DNA from: Vermamoeba vermiformis
Taxonomy: Eukaryota
Assembly: GCA_045837725.1 (NCBI GenBank)
Contig: JBEWZL010000294.1
Span: 124,001-188,000 of the forward strand
Direction of reading: 5' to 3'
DNA: 64,000 bases
The notes beneath the pieces were generated by a model, which was not told the DNA's origin, did not search any database, and was given only the letters and a program-made list of their open reading frames with translations. This document shows, piece after piece, positions 48,701 through 61,016 of this stretch (its first letter is position 1; each line of letters opens with the position of its first letter). The translations under genes were made by a program, and so were the position numbers.

Positions 48701-51700
48701 GACTGGCCAAGTACGTCACGGTGCTCGTCACAAACTCGAGCTAATTATAGCGCAGATCAGTATCGTCACTTGCCTAATATGGCCATCACACTACGTACCC
48801 AGTAGAAGCGAATGTTGTAATTGGTGCTGGGCTGCAACAGACCCACCAGCAGTGTCTGCAAGAACATCGGGGAGGCAGCCAGCGAATTCTCGTCGCTGTC
48901 ACGTGCCTGACTCTTGCCGTCACTGGGCCCTGGTGACTTGACCACTGGATAGAGCGAGTCTATCAGCACGCAGGTGCGCAACAGCTGCAACAGCTGCACC
49001 TGCAAGATGAGACTCGACTCGCTCACTGCTTGCGCCAGACAGCCAATCACGTGCTCTTGAATCATGTGCGCCAGTTGACGCGCCTTGGCGGGCACGGTGA
49101 TCTTCAGCAACAAGTACTGCAGAAATCCCGCGCTGGTGGTCTGCACATCGACATTGCGCGTGATGAATTCGCTGGGTGCTTTGACCGGCGGTTGACCAGC
49201 GATGAAGCGCAGTGCCATCACCACCAACAGATCGAGATAGTTCGCGGGAGGTGCGTGCAGCACATCTACGGTGCCTGTGCGCGGTGTGGTACTGGCTGGC
49301 AGTGTGCCACTCGACTGCTGCACGAGCTGTCTGTCGTACTTGTCCACGAGATCACGTGACACGGGCTTGGCGCCAGTCTGCGAGACAAATGTCCGGAAGT
49401 CGCACTCGATGATGGCACGCAGCACCTTGAACACGTAGAGTATGCGGCGATGATCGTACACGTGCTGGTACTGATAGGTCAGCGCGGACATGGCCGTGGA
49501 GCTGTCGAGCAGCACCAGCAGCAGTGGATCCAGCACTCGCTCCGCGCGCTGCAGGGACTCAGCGAGCCAAGTGCGACCAGCGAGCCGCACGAGTGGTCCT
49601 TCGTCGTGCAGCGAGTCGAGCATGAGGAACAGCGTGCGACCGAGATTGATGTGGCTGGCTTGTGGCACTTCGCCAGTGAGTCGCCAGAGCAGTGCAAAGC
49701 GTTGCATGTGCGCGACTTTGAGTTCGGGCGAGGCAGCAGCGAGCAGTGACTCGGCAATCACGTCCTCGCAGGCCTCGGGGGCGAGGTGATGCAGCTCGAT
49801 CATGAGCGAGGCAGCTTTGTAGTGAATGACGCTCATCTGCCACTGGTGCTGCGGTGCGAACACGTACTCCCACAGGCGATGCGCCATGTCGCGCGCAGAC
49901 TTGGTGGTGTTGAGCACGTAGTGGATCACTTGCGGGGTGAGCGGTCCATTGGCGGGCAGTGTGAGCAGCGAGACAAAGGTCTTGACGGCAATGGCGATCA
50001 CGAGTGGATTGTCGTCACTCACCAAGCGAATCAGCACTTTGACCCAATCGGGCACTGACACTGTGCCACCTGCCACCACGGGAGCATCGAGCTTGAACTG
50101 CGCGTGCAGTGAGAGCAGCAGCTGACTGGCGAGATCGAGTGTGTAGACAGCGGGTGTGAGGGACCACACCTGACCCACTGTGTTCACTACTGTCGTGCCC
50201 GTCGTGTCCAAGCTCTCCAGTCCACCTTGACGCATCTTCTGTCGCTTCAGACGCAGCACGTGTTGTTGTGTCACGTGATCAATCTTCTCGCGCGCACGTG
50301 CGTTCTCGGTGCGCCAGATGGGCTCCAAGAGCTGATCGATCACCATCACATAGGCGTGATGATACAGCGCCACGGCACGACGCAGTTCATCGAGCTGTGC
50401 ACCGCTCTGCTCGCTGTCGTCAAAGTGCAACTTGCCACTGATCTTCAGCGCCAACTGCACGGCCATCAGTCCAGTCTCGTTCAAGCGTTGCAGCGGTGCA
50501 CTGTCGCGCGTGGCGTGCTCGACGATGAGCTGCAGTCCATTGAGCAGCGTGCTGAGCAGTCGCGGCAAGTGATGGACCTGCACATCGGCGCTGTTGAGCT
50601 GCAACATCTTCTCGAGCAGCGTGTCGACAATCTCAATGAACGACACCTCCGTCTCACTGGCACTGAGCTGCGTGAAGGACTGGTGCAGCGAGGTCGCGAG
50701 GAAGTCCCACAACAGCTGTGGCTTGAGATCTGCGAGCAGCGCATTGACCAGCGAGATCACCTCGGAGGTGAATGCGTAGCCCTCTTTGTAGGTGTGCAGC
50801 ACGAGCAGCGGCCAGTACAGCACGTGATTGATGATCTCTTGACCAATCTCCACGCGCTCCAGCAGTGTGGTCAGCATCTTGAAGGTGTCAGTCACGTGCT
50901 TGCTGTCGCTGAACGGCTCTTCAAAGCTGCGCTGCAGTGCCAGCAACAGCGGGGCCTTGGCAAAGCGCGCAAAGTAAGTGACCTGCGCATCGAAGAGGTA
51001 GTCGTCGTGCTCGACTGCAATGGGGTTGTTGTCCTTGTCGCGGCCAGTGAGCCACTGATAGATGCGGCGATTGAGCGACACCTCTTTGCGCAGCTGCACG
51101 CGCAGGGTCTTGGCGATGAGCAGCGACCACTGTTCGAGCGTGAAGATGTGGTGGTGCACTTGAAAGCGCGTCAGAATCAGATCGAGGGCCGTGCGTTGTA
51201 CCAGCAGATTGCTGTCCGAGATGCCTGCAATCAGCGCATTCAGCACCAGGGTGTCGCGCTCAGGACACCACTCCTCCAGCACGTGGCGGTCATCGTCGTC
51301 ACGTGACAGCTTGGGCATCTTGTCGTACAGGTAGTGCAGCGAGGCAATGCGGGCTGTGGGATTGAGCAGCAAGCTCTTCCACACGGCCGTGTTGAACTGT
51401 CGCAAGTGACCGCGGATCGGACCACACGCGTTCAACAGTTCACTGAATATTTCCATAACGGGCTTGTAGCACTCGGCGTTGAGATCTTCGAGCCCTGGTA
51501 GAAGTGACATGACGAGTCCTTCGAGACTGGTGATCACGTGGGCTCCGAGTGGAATCACGTGACTTTTGACCCAGCCGAGCACTGCCATCTTGACCTGGGA
51601 AGAGGCCCAGGGGAACAATGAGAGCGGCCCTGGCAACCAGAGCGCGAGATCACGTGACAGTCTGGTGGCACCGAGTCGTGTGCTGATAGCCCCGAGCACT

Positions 51701-52132
51701 TCGAGGGACTTGAGATGCACACCACTGGGCAACGCGGGACTGCAACACTGCGCTACACGCTTGCTGAAAGTCAATTTGTCTGGTACGATGGGGATCTGCT
51801 GGTACTTGTCGAGCACCTAGTGGGGGGAGAGCGGTGTTAGCGCAGCGAGGGAGATCTGGCTTCATGGTGCGTGGAAAGGGTATATACTGGTATTTATATG
51901 CATTACTCATCGCTACGCTTACCTTTTGAATACGTTGCAAGCACTTGATCAGATCTGCCCACTCCTTTGCTCGATCGAACAGCGCTAGTTGAGCTTTAAA
52001 GTCATCGACGAATTGTTTGAATTTTGGATTGTCTTTGAACTCTTCATAATCTATTGTATCATCGCATTAGCTCTCAGAGGTGAAATTGACTGGTTAGCGG
52101 GATCAGGAGAATTACTCACCATCTTGTTCCAT
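45739..52132 (-). CDS. DOP1: Dopey / DOP1 family protein
   Basis: FDRAKEWADLIKCL...KRVAQCCSPALPSGVHLKSLE...LLPGLED...SLNRRIYQWL; C-terminal KRLAFVIY...SFWPVVITEL. Confidence 0.92.
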
Positions 52133-52332
52133 GCTGTGCGCTAGAGACCCGATAATTAATATGATCGTACAACTATCTCCTCGGGGTGACTACTAGTGCC
52201 GCACTCGCTGTCAATAAAATAACTGTTTTGCGCAGAAGGTTAATCAGAAAGTTACACGCACACAAGATACCGCGTAAGAGTGACGAGGTAACTTTGTGTC
52301 GTAATATTCATATTGAATGTACGTATTGCACT

Positions 52333-53876
52333 ATGAGCACCAGATATGTCAAGACGAAGAGCGCAGTCAAAGCACAACCAGCAATCAGATCTGGCACCTC
52401 AAATAATACTAGAGCAATTATAATAGGAGCGCTAGTGCTCGTGACTGCAGTATTTATTGCCTACACGCTGCGTACAGAGCAAGATACGGCAGATATCGCC
52501 CCTCCGACCCGTTCATTAACAGCACATCCCACCGTGCCCGTGATCACCGTGCACGACGCGCACGACACGACATTTGTGCAGCGCTACATCAACAAGCAAC
52601 TGCGCACACCAGAGACGCGAGAGCTCTACCGTAACGCGACGGATTGGCCCTGGCCGGCAGTGTTCCGCGGCACTGCGGTCACGCGCTGGACAGCACTGCG
52701 CACGTGGTCTGCAACGCGATTGGGCAGTGTGTTGGGGTGAGTGTTTGCAACTATTTTCGTGTCACGTGTCACTAACAGCATTCGCAGCGATGTGGTGCTG
52801 AAAGATGTGTATCGCAACAACAATACCATATTTGGACCGTACTACGATGCCAGCAGACCACTCAGTCACGTGCCTGGCATCACACGTGTCAATCCGCATC
52901 AGTTGATCGACCTCACCGCGCGCGAGTTGTTCATGAAACTCGCTGCCCCAGTGACCAACGAGAGCTATTACTACTACAGCGGAAATATTCAGCACGTGGA
53001 GGCCCTGGTCGATGACATCTTGCCATTCGATGTCATGCTGCAACTCGATCCGAGTGGCACGGATCAGAATGTCAACGTCTGGTTCGGCATGAGTGGTGTC
53101 ACGGGTAATGACCAAATAAGGCAATACCCCATTCACTAACAGCACTGACAGCGGCCAATCACTACGACGGCTACGACAATCTCTACGCGCAGATACACGG
53201 CACCAAGCGCTGGGTGCTCGTGCCACCGAGTCAGTCGCGCGCCATGGCCCTCTATCCCTTCCTGCACCCTCATCACGCGCAGTCTCGAGTGGACACGCTC
53301 GCACTCGCCGAGGCCGCACCTGAACTGCGCGCACGTGACTGGCCCCGCGCACTGAACGTCACGCCGCTGATCATTGATCTCGCACCGGGAGATTTGCTGT
53401 ACTTGCCCTCCATGTGGTTTCATCGCGTCGAAGCACGTGACGGAGTGTCGCTTTCAGTGAATTCGTGGACCCGCACACCCGAGTCAGCACTCATGAAGCA
53501 GATCGCGGAACAATTGCCGTTCACGAATGAGCAGTCACGTGACGACAAGCTCGCAGCTGCAGTGGAATATCTCCGCGCACTGCTCCGCGCCAGCAAGGTG
53601 AATGCGCGCCAAGACTTTACAGATATTTATCACGAGCGCTACGAGCCACTGATCAGGGCCGGTGAATTGCCGCTGACTTCTGTGCGCTGTCCTGACACGC
53701 AGGGCACATCTAGCACGACCCAAGCACTCGGCCAGTCCCACGCACGTCTATTCGACACGATGGGTGTGCACACGCGCAGAATATGGCGTCATAATCACCT
53801 CGAATACGTGCTCTATTTCGCACTCGAACAAGATCTGCTCAGCGTAGCACCAGTGCTGCAGTGTCTCGCGCAGTAA
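52333..53876 (+). CDS. JmjC (cupin-8) 2-oxoglutarate/Fe hydroxylase with N-terminal TM anchor
   Basis: NVWFG...HYDGYDNLYAQIHGTKRW...LAPGDLLYLPSMWFHRV (HxD...H); TM AIIIGALVLVTAVFIAY. Confidence 0.85.
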
Positions 53877-54052
53877 GTGGTGTATTTGGCTACTTCTCCC
53901 CTCCACTCGCGCACATCACTGACTGGTCACGTGACACGAGTGCACGCAACGGATATCAGACCGCGATCACGTGCTTGTCAATTCCCGCAAAATAAAATCA
54001 GCAGTTTGACTTGCGGTTATTCTTTGAAGCCAACCAACACTACACCGCAATC

Positions 54053-55812
54053 ATGTTGGCTATCTCGTTGGATATCAGTCTGCGTCAAATGTGCTACGAG
54101 ACGTCGACTTTTATTCTCCAGCACTTGGATCACCCCTACCACTTTGTCATCGAGGCGTTTTTGATCGTGTTCATCTTTTATATCTTCTTTCAACGCAGTT
54201 ACAAGGAAAAAACTAACAAAGACACCTTGACCCCTGGTGTAAGTGTAATTGACTGGTTTTGTAACGACTTTTGTGCGGTGAAATTATTTTCAAAATACGT
54301 TAATGCTCATCTGGGCTTAGTAACATTCCCGTTACGCGTCATGATTGACAATTATTTAGGAAATTGAAGCGTTGATCGAGGAATGGCAGCCCGAACCATT
54401 AGTGGCGAAAAAACAAGCAGATCCTCGAGTGATAGATGTCGACCAAGCGCAAGCCAAAAAGAGATACGTGATCGACAGCATGATTGATCGCGAAGTAGAT
54501 CTCAAGGTCATTCCTGTTAATCCTAAATCCAAGAATGACAAAGAGGTCAAGATCAAGGCTTTGAACATGACGACAGTTGGCTTTCTTAGCGCTCAAACTC
54601 ACCCGGAGATTTTGAAAAAGAGCGAAGAGGCGATTAGAAGATATGGACCTGGTAGCTGCGGACCTAGAGGCTTTTATGGTACCATTGACGTCCACATCGA
54701 CCTCGAAAAGAAATTAGCTGCTTTCATGGGCTTTGAAGAAGCTGTTCTCTTTGGCTCAGGATTTGCTACTATTTCTTCGGTCATTCCTGCTTTCTCCAAG
54801 CAGCCTGACTACTTGCTCGTCGATAAGGCCTGCAATTACGCCATTCAAACCGGAGTGAATCTGTCGCGCAGTGAAGTGCGTTGGTTCAATCATAACGATA
54901 TGAAGGACCTTGAACGTATTCTCCAATCTCTGAAAGATGTCTTCATCAAGAAGCAACAGAAGGTGTTTGTTGTTGTCGAAGCACTCTACGGCCACAGCGC
55001 AGATCTGGCACCGCTCAAAGAGCTGATTGCTCTTAAGGTATGTAGCATCCAGGAGACATCAATTTATAGACAGCATAATTGACCCATTCCCTCTAGTCCA
55101 AGTACCCCATCCGCTTGGTAGTCGATGAATCCAACAGTCTCGGTGTAGTCGGTGAACAAGGTCGTGGCTTGGTCTACGAGACAGTCAAGCACCTACCTGC
55201 ACCAGGTCCCACTCAACCCCCTCACGTCGAGCTGGTGTGTGCCTCGCTCGGTGGACCCATGGGAGCTATCGGAGGCGTGGCACTGGGCTCCAGTCTGCTG
55301 TGCGCGCACATGCGACTCAACTGCTCGGGCTACGTGTACAGCTGCAGCAATCCACCCTACGTCACTGCTGCGGCGTGTGCACTCGTGGACATGTTGACTA
55401 GCGACAAGCAACTGCATCAGCAGCTCAAGACCAACATTCAGCTGCTGCACAAGACCCTCGCCAAGACAGAGCTGTCAGGACTGACATGTGACACCTGTCA
55501 AGACTCGCCCTTGGTGCACTTGCGACTCAAACGCTCCACTGGCTCACGTGACCGCGATGAACAGCTGTTGCAACGCATCTCCGATCAGGTACCGTGCATG
55601 ATATACTAGTGTGTGATAGACTTGAGCACTCACCCCTCGTACAGCTGCTCGACAAGGAACAGATCTGCGTGTTGGTGCCGCGCTGTGTGAAACAAGAGCG
55701 CTTCAAGCCCGAGCCCAGTCTGCGACTCTGTGTCTCTGCCGCGCATCGCAGCGAGGACATTGCGCGCACCGTGAATGCTGTCGCCAGTGTGGCACGTCAA
55801 GTGCTCGTGTAG
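54053..55812 (+). CDS. SPTLC1: Serine palmitoyltransferase subunit LCB1
   Basis: IEEWQPEPLV, YGPGSCGPRGFYGTIDVHIDLE, SVIPAFSK, LSRS...FNHND, VDESNSLG; lacks the PLP lysine (ASLG), as expected for LCB1. Confidence 0.92.
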
Positions 55813-56109
55813 GTCTATTGCCTTATTTGGAAAGTGAGGCCCGAGCTGTCTCACGTGCCAGTGTGATTAGAGCTCAAACACGTGTATTGTAACTATAAAT
55901 AACCCTTCTCGTTGTAACCTCGTGTCTTGCTGCAGCTGCGCCATAGTAGTGCTCGTGTAACTTCTTGGCGCGTGTGAGTAGTGTGGAGATCAGTGCCTGG
56001 CATGAATTCAGTGAAAATGAGGTTATGCTGAGCAGCACGTGACAGCTGACATTTGTTGCAATCAGTGCAGCACACTGCCACAAGTATACAGATATATATA
56101 TATATATAC

Positions 56110-58675
56110 ATGGGAAATACTGACAGCAAAACACAGCTGCACACAGCACTCACCAAGCTGGCGAGCGAGTCTATTCCAGCAGAGCAAGATGTCCTGTGGT
56201 CGAGTTTCTGGCAATTACCGACATCTACAGAAGTCATATTCAACGCATTTAATAGCAATGAGTTGCATGACTTGCGCAGTAAGCAACCGGAGAATTACGT
56301 AACCTTGATCCAAAAGGTAATTAATTATTACTGACTATTATTAAAAGCCATTGTGATAATCAGAATATCATGAGATATACAATAATTATATTTATTGGTA
56401 AATTATGCATTAATTCATCGTGCTTTGAATTTAAGGTAGTCAGCCACTTGGAGCTCGTTACCAGCACATCCAAGGCCTACAGTGCCGATGAAACACGTCA
56501 TATACAGAACTGTATCGCACTATTAACGCGACTAGTACCGGCTGGCTTTGAACAGTTTGACTTGCCCGATCAACTCGACAGCTTCGAGCAGCGCGTGTTC
56601 TGGACTCGTGCGCCCGAGACAGTGCCACGTGACAGCAGTGTGGCGGAGACAGTGCCACGTGACAGCAGTGCACCCGAGACAGTGCCACGTGACAGCGGTG
56701 TCGATGAGGGCGCTAACAACAGTGCCACCACACAGCCAGAGCCAGCCAATCACGAGTCTGCACCGCTCACTGCACCTATTAATAGCTCCGAGTCCGCTCC
56801 CACAGACAATTGTTCCGCACTGGCACCGCGCATACTGTCACTCGTCATCAAGCTGCTATTTTTGCCGCACTTCACCGCAGCAGTCCACCATCCCCAAATA
56901 TGGTATAGCGGTGTAGGTGTGCCTGCTGATGCTAAAATTAGCAGCACGACAGCAGCGATGGCCAGCAATCGCGTGTTAACTTTGCAGTTGTTGCTGGCAG
57001 TGCTGTCGCACGATCTATTTTTGTCACCTGCGCTCTATTTTAAGCGCAGACTGCGCAATGCGTGGCTGGACTACTTGACGCACCCGCCACGTGACAGCAC
57101 CATATATGGTCAAGTGCCGCACGTGCTGTACTCGCTGCTGAACACTGCCCTGCGCTACGATCCGATTGGCTGGGGCGTGCCGTACAATCACCTGCTGTTC
57201 AGCGATCAGCAAGAGGAATTGCTATATAAGGTAATCGGTGATCGATCTGTCGTAACTGATATTGACTTGCTATTTAAGGCATTGCAAGTGCTAGCGCTCA
57301 CTCTTAATTATTCCGCTGATCCCTGGACGGAGGACGATGCACCGTTCACTGAACAGCAAGCGGAGATCAGTGCCACCGACAATCTATTTATAGCCACACT
57401 GCGCGAGATTAGCGATCGCAGTTCACTCGATCAGCTGTACGGCATGTTCACTGCCTTATTTGGCAATCCTCTGCGCGCCAACAGCACTTACTTGCCAAAT
57501 TCGGCCAAAGAACTCAATTGCCACCCGGAGTTGTTGATTCTATTTTGGGCACTGATTCGTAATCACCCTGTAAGTTGTTATTTCCTTTTATGGAATATCC
57601 AGTCAGTTCTGACTTGCCAAATATAGGCGTTTCTGAAATATCTGATCACCGTGCAGTGCACTGCGCGCAAAGATCTGACAGGTAACTGCAGTGTTATTGC
57701 CTAATTTGGACATAGAGTACCACGCGTATCAATTGACTGACGCTCTGTGTAGTGCTCTACGCGCTGTTGCATCGCATCTACCAGGGCCGCAAAGATCCCG
57801 CGCAGCTCGGTCACGTGCACTTGACAGCACTCATCCTGCTCGTGCTCAGCTCGGAGCGGGACTTTGCGATTTCACTGAACGAGCCACTGACGACCACCTA
57901 CAAATCTCAACTCGATCTCCCGCGCTTCACAGGCACGCACGCAGATCTGCTGGTGCTGGTGCTGCTGAAGCTAATTATGGACGGCCACAAGCGACTCGAA
58001 GCACTGTGGGACTGCATCTTGACGGTGCTGGCCAATGTCTCGCCCTACTTGAAGTCACTTGCCACCGTGACTGCAAACAAGCTGATCAAGCTGTTTGAAC
58101 TCACCTCGCGTCCGAGCTTTGTGCTGGCCCAGGAGCGCAATCACCGCTACGTGTTCTATCAGCTCGAGCTCTTCAACAACGTGCTGCAGTACCAGTACGA
58201 GGGCAACACGCACCTCGTCTACGCCATCATCCGAGAGCGCGAGCTGTTCACCAAACTGGTCAGTCTGCGCATTGAACCCGCGCCTGAGAGCGAGGAGCAC
58301 AAGGAACACTTTGTGCCCAGTCCTGAGTGGCTGCAGTCCTGGCAGTCACGCTTGCCCGTCAACACTGTGCTGCGCTATCTCTCCAGCATTGTGCCACAGC
58401 TCAATGACGTAGTGCACGGTGACGCCTCAGACTCGCAGGCACTGCTGGCATTCTTGAAGCGTACCACTGCTGTGGGTCTATTGCCCGTGCCGCATCCTAT
58501 TCTCATACGCAGATATCATGCCACTGCTGCTTCAGCACTCTGGTTGCACTCCCATATTTGGGGAGTGCTGTTAGTACACAATTTAAAGCCCACCCCTCTG
58601 TGGAGCACGGGTGTTAGACTTGTACAGCTGCATTCATCTGCAGACGGCAATGGCAACAAAACAGAGAACAAATAA
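56110..58675 (+). CDS. HID1: HID1 (Ecm30-like) Golgi protein
   Basis: MGNTDSK...FW; YDPIGWGVPYNHLLFSD; LLVLSSERDFAISLN; GTHADLL; YQYEGNTHLVYAIIR; GLLPVPHPILIRRY. Confidence 0.92.
56613..56700 (+). repeat. 30-bp tandem repeat x3 in HID1 (ETVPRDSS..)
   Basis: GAGACAGTGCCACGTGACAGC at 56616, 56646 and 56676. Confidence 0.95.
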
Positions 58676-59015
58676 AGCTCAAGAGTATTACCAATTTTGA
58701 GCAAATTAGAATGGTCAAATTGCCACAATCCATTTGTTTAGATAGAGTGGAGAACTCCATCAGAAAATGCTCAACATACATCCACCCTGGGGGTCAGTCT
58801 TGCAACATTGAACAGATATGGTCAACCGTTGTATAACTATTACAGAAAAATGACAAAATGGGAACATAATGGATGAACTGGAAATGTTTGCTTTGCAAAG
58901 AACAGTCGGTCCAAAAGTGTTCTCAAACGGACTATCCTCTTGAGATATTCATCTTTAACATGCAATGTGTTTCTTTTTATTTCTGACATGTCAACTATGT
59001 TGCAAACGATTAATA

Positions 59016-59833
59016 GGAGGACGTCCTGCCCAAATTAGACAGGGTGTCCGTCCATAGACAGGGCGTCCGTCCAGGGACATGGCGTCCGTCCGTGGACAGT
59101 GTGTCCGTCCAGGGACAAGGCGTCCGGATCTGGACGGGGCGTCCGCTGAAGATAGTTATTAACGAAATTCAATTCTGTTTGCTGCAGTAGGTAGAGCATA
59201 TATAGGATACTACTAGGTATGAACTTTCCATCCACATCAGCTTCCAGCCACTGGAGATAGAGAAAGAATTGTAATCGCCATACATTGGAAAGATGGATAT
59301 TTTGGCAAATGGATGTAATTTCAGCGTCTTTATCAAGAAAATAACGTATTTTTGCAACCAGGACCTGTTTGGGGCACAAAGAACAGTTTTACATCCTATC
59401 CAAAAATTGTGTGCTATTTGAGCTATCATCTTACAGATATGTAGTTCTGCATAGAACTGGCCAGATATGGATTGTTGTGAATGAGAAGTTTCTCATAACA
59501 AAGTGCAAATGTTGAATCTTTCTATTGAACTCTGACATGCCCGCTATGTTGCAAACGACTCTGTATGTCATGCCAAGCCGTAGGTATCAAAATCTTTGTT
59601 ACTTGAGCCATTTGGAGCTTGATTTCAAAAAAAGAGGAACTTTCTCCAGCTCAATCCCTAGAGCTTGGCCAGCAAGGAAACCATCAAACTCATCCAAAAT
59701 ATAGGTATCCACGACAATTAGGTGCTATTAGCCTTTTATTCCATGAGAACCTAGTGATGGCAGACGCCCTGTCCAGGTCCGGACGCCCTGTCCAAATCCG
59801 GACGTCCTGCTCAAATTGAGCAAGACGACCTCC
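59016..59833. mobile_element. Putative non-autonomous TIR element (MITE-like) with subterminal repeats
   Basis: Left GGAGGACGTCCTGCCCAAATT versus right (reverse complement) GGAGGTCGTCTTGCTCAATTT; GGACAGGGCGTCC-type repeats at both ends; ATA flanks both sides; no coding capacity. Confidence 0.6.
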
Positions 59834-59994
59834 ATATAGTATAGTTGGTTGAGTGTGCAGATGAATGGCTTCATACTTAATGCTGTAAATTCAAAAATTG
59901 CTGTCTACAATATCTTTGATGATTACTTTGTCTACTTGTTACATAGTGATAGTGCTAGGTATTTTCAAAGTTGAAAGGTATTGAGGCAAATAGA

Positions 59995-60750
59995 ACAAAG
60001 TTCTGCTGCAGAAGTTCTTTGCAGAACAATGCCATTTTCAGCCTCCAGCGCTTAGCCCAAAGCCTCCTGATGCCAACAGTAGTGCTTCTTGGGCCCGTTG
60101 GTATTAATGGCAAAGTTTGGTTTAAGTTGGTCAATTACTAACATCAGCGGTGCAGTACGGACAATTACGGACACCCTGCTCACCACGTGCAGGACGACCT
60201 CCCCCAGGTTCAAACCAGCCGGCATACCTGATTTTTTATATTTTATGGCTCGGTACCTGCTCAAGGTGGACTGAAGCTGTCACCACACTGTTGCATGGGT
60301 TCAAATCCTGTGTGTGCATTTATTTTTATCCTCATAGTCGAATGATCTTTGTCAGGGATACGCAACTTGTCTGGGCAGGATCTTAGCCAGGCTGGACACT
60401 CACCTTGGCTGGCTATGTCATCCGGTGTACACTGGATTGGCCATCCTCCACCATGTGCAAATTGGGGTCTGTTGAAGTTCTTTGCAGAACATTGCAATTT
60501 TCATCCAGCCCAAACGTGATGCCAAGAAAAAAGTTCTGCTAAATTTCTTGCAGAAATGTGCCATTTTCAACCTCCGGTACTTACCCAAAGCCTCCTGATG
60601 TCAACAGTAGTACTTCTTGGTTGCCAGTGCTAATGGCAAGTTGGTACAAGTTGGTCAATTCTTGTGTCCAGGGTAGACATCCGCCATTGCATTGTCCCTA
60701 ATGGACACCCTGTCCCTACAGAGCTTCCCAATTGGGCAGACTAACCTCCT
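59995..60750. repeat. Diverged ~540-bp tandem duplication, each unit ending in a copy of the same GGAGG terminus
   Basis: GCCATTTTCA.CCTCC...CCCAAAGCCTCCTGATG.CAACAGTAGT.CTTCTTGG at about 60031 and 60560; terminus-like CCTCC ends at 60202 and 60749. Confidence 0.7.
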
Positions 60751-61016
60751 GGGATGTCCAGATATTCTAAAAAGCCAATCTCTTTCTTTTTAGACATGAT
60801 CTGCCAACTCTGGAGTCAGTAATTGATTTTAGTTGGGTCCTTGGTCAGCACCTCCACAAGTAGTTATCAACTTATGGTACTAGCTAACCAACAATTTACT
60901 TGGACATAAGTTGTGGCAAAACTCAGGCAACTGCTCAGGAAGGCCAAACCTGTAAGCTTGGTACAAGCAATCAGTACGTTACTCATTAAATGGAACGGTG
61001 AAGTTTATTAGTGATT

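Noticed and set aside
59016-59150. CRISPR-like reading of the short repeats
   Set aside because: Units are about 18-20 bp, degenerate and adjacent, with no unique spacers and no cas genes; eukaryotic context.
60245-60318. tRNA or SINE suggested by GGGTTCAAATCC B-box-like motif
   Set aside because: I could not build acceptor and D stems; at most a degenerate remnant. tRNAscan-SE would settle it.
59035-60497. Short ORFs within the repeat nest
   Set aside because: No recognisable transposase or other motifs; they read through repeat units.
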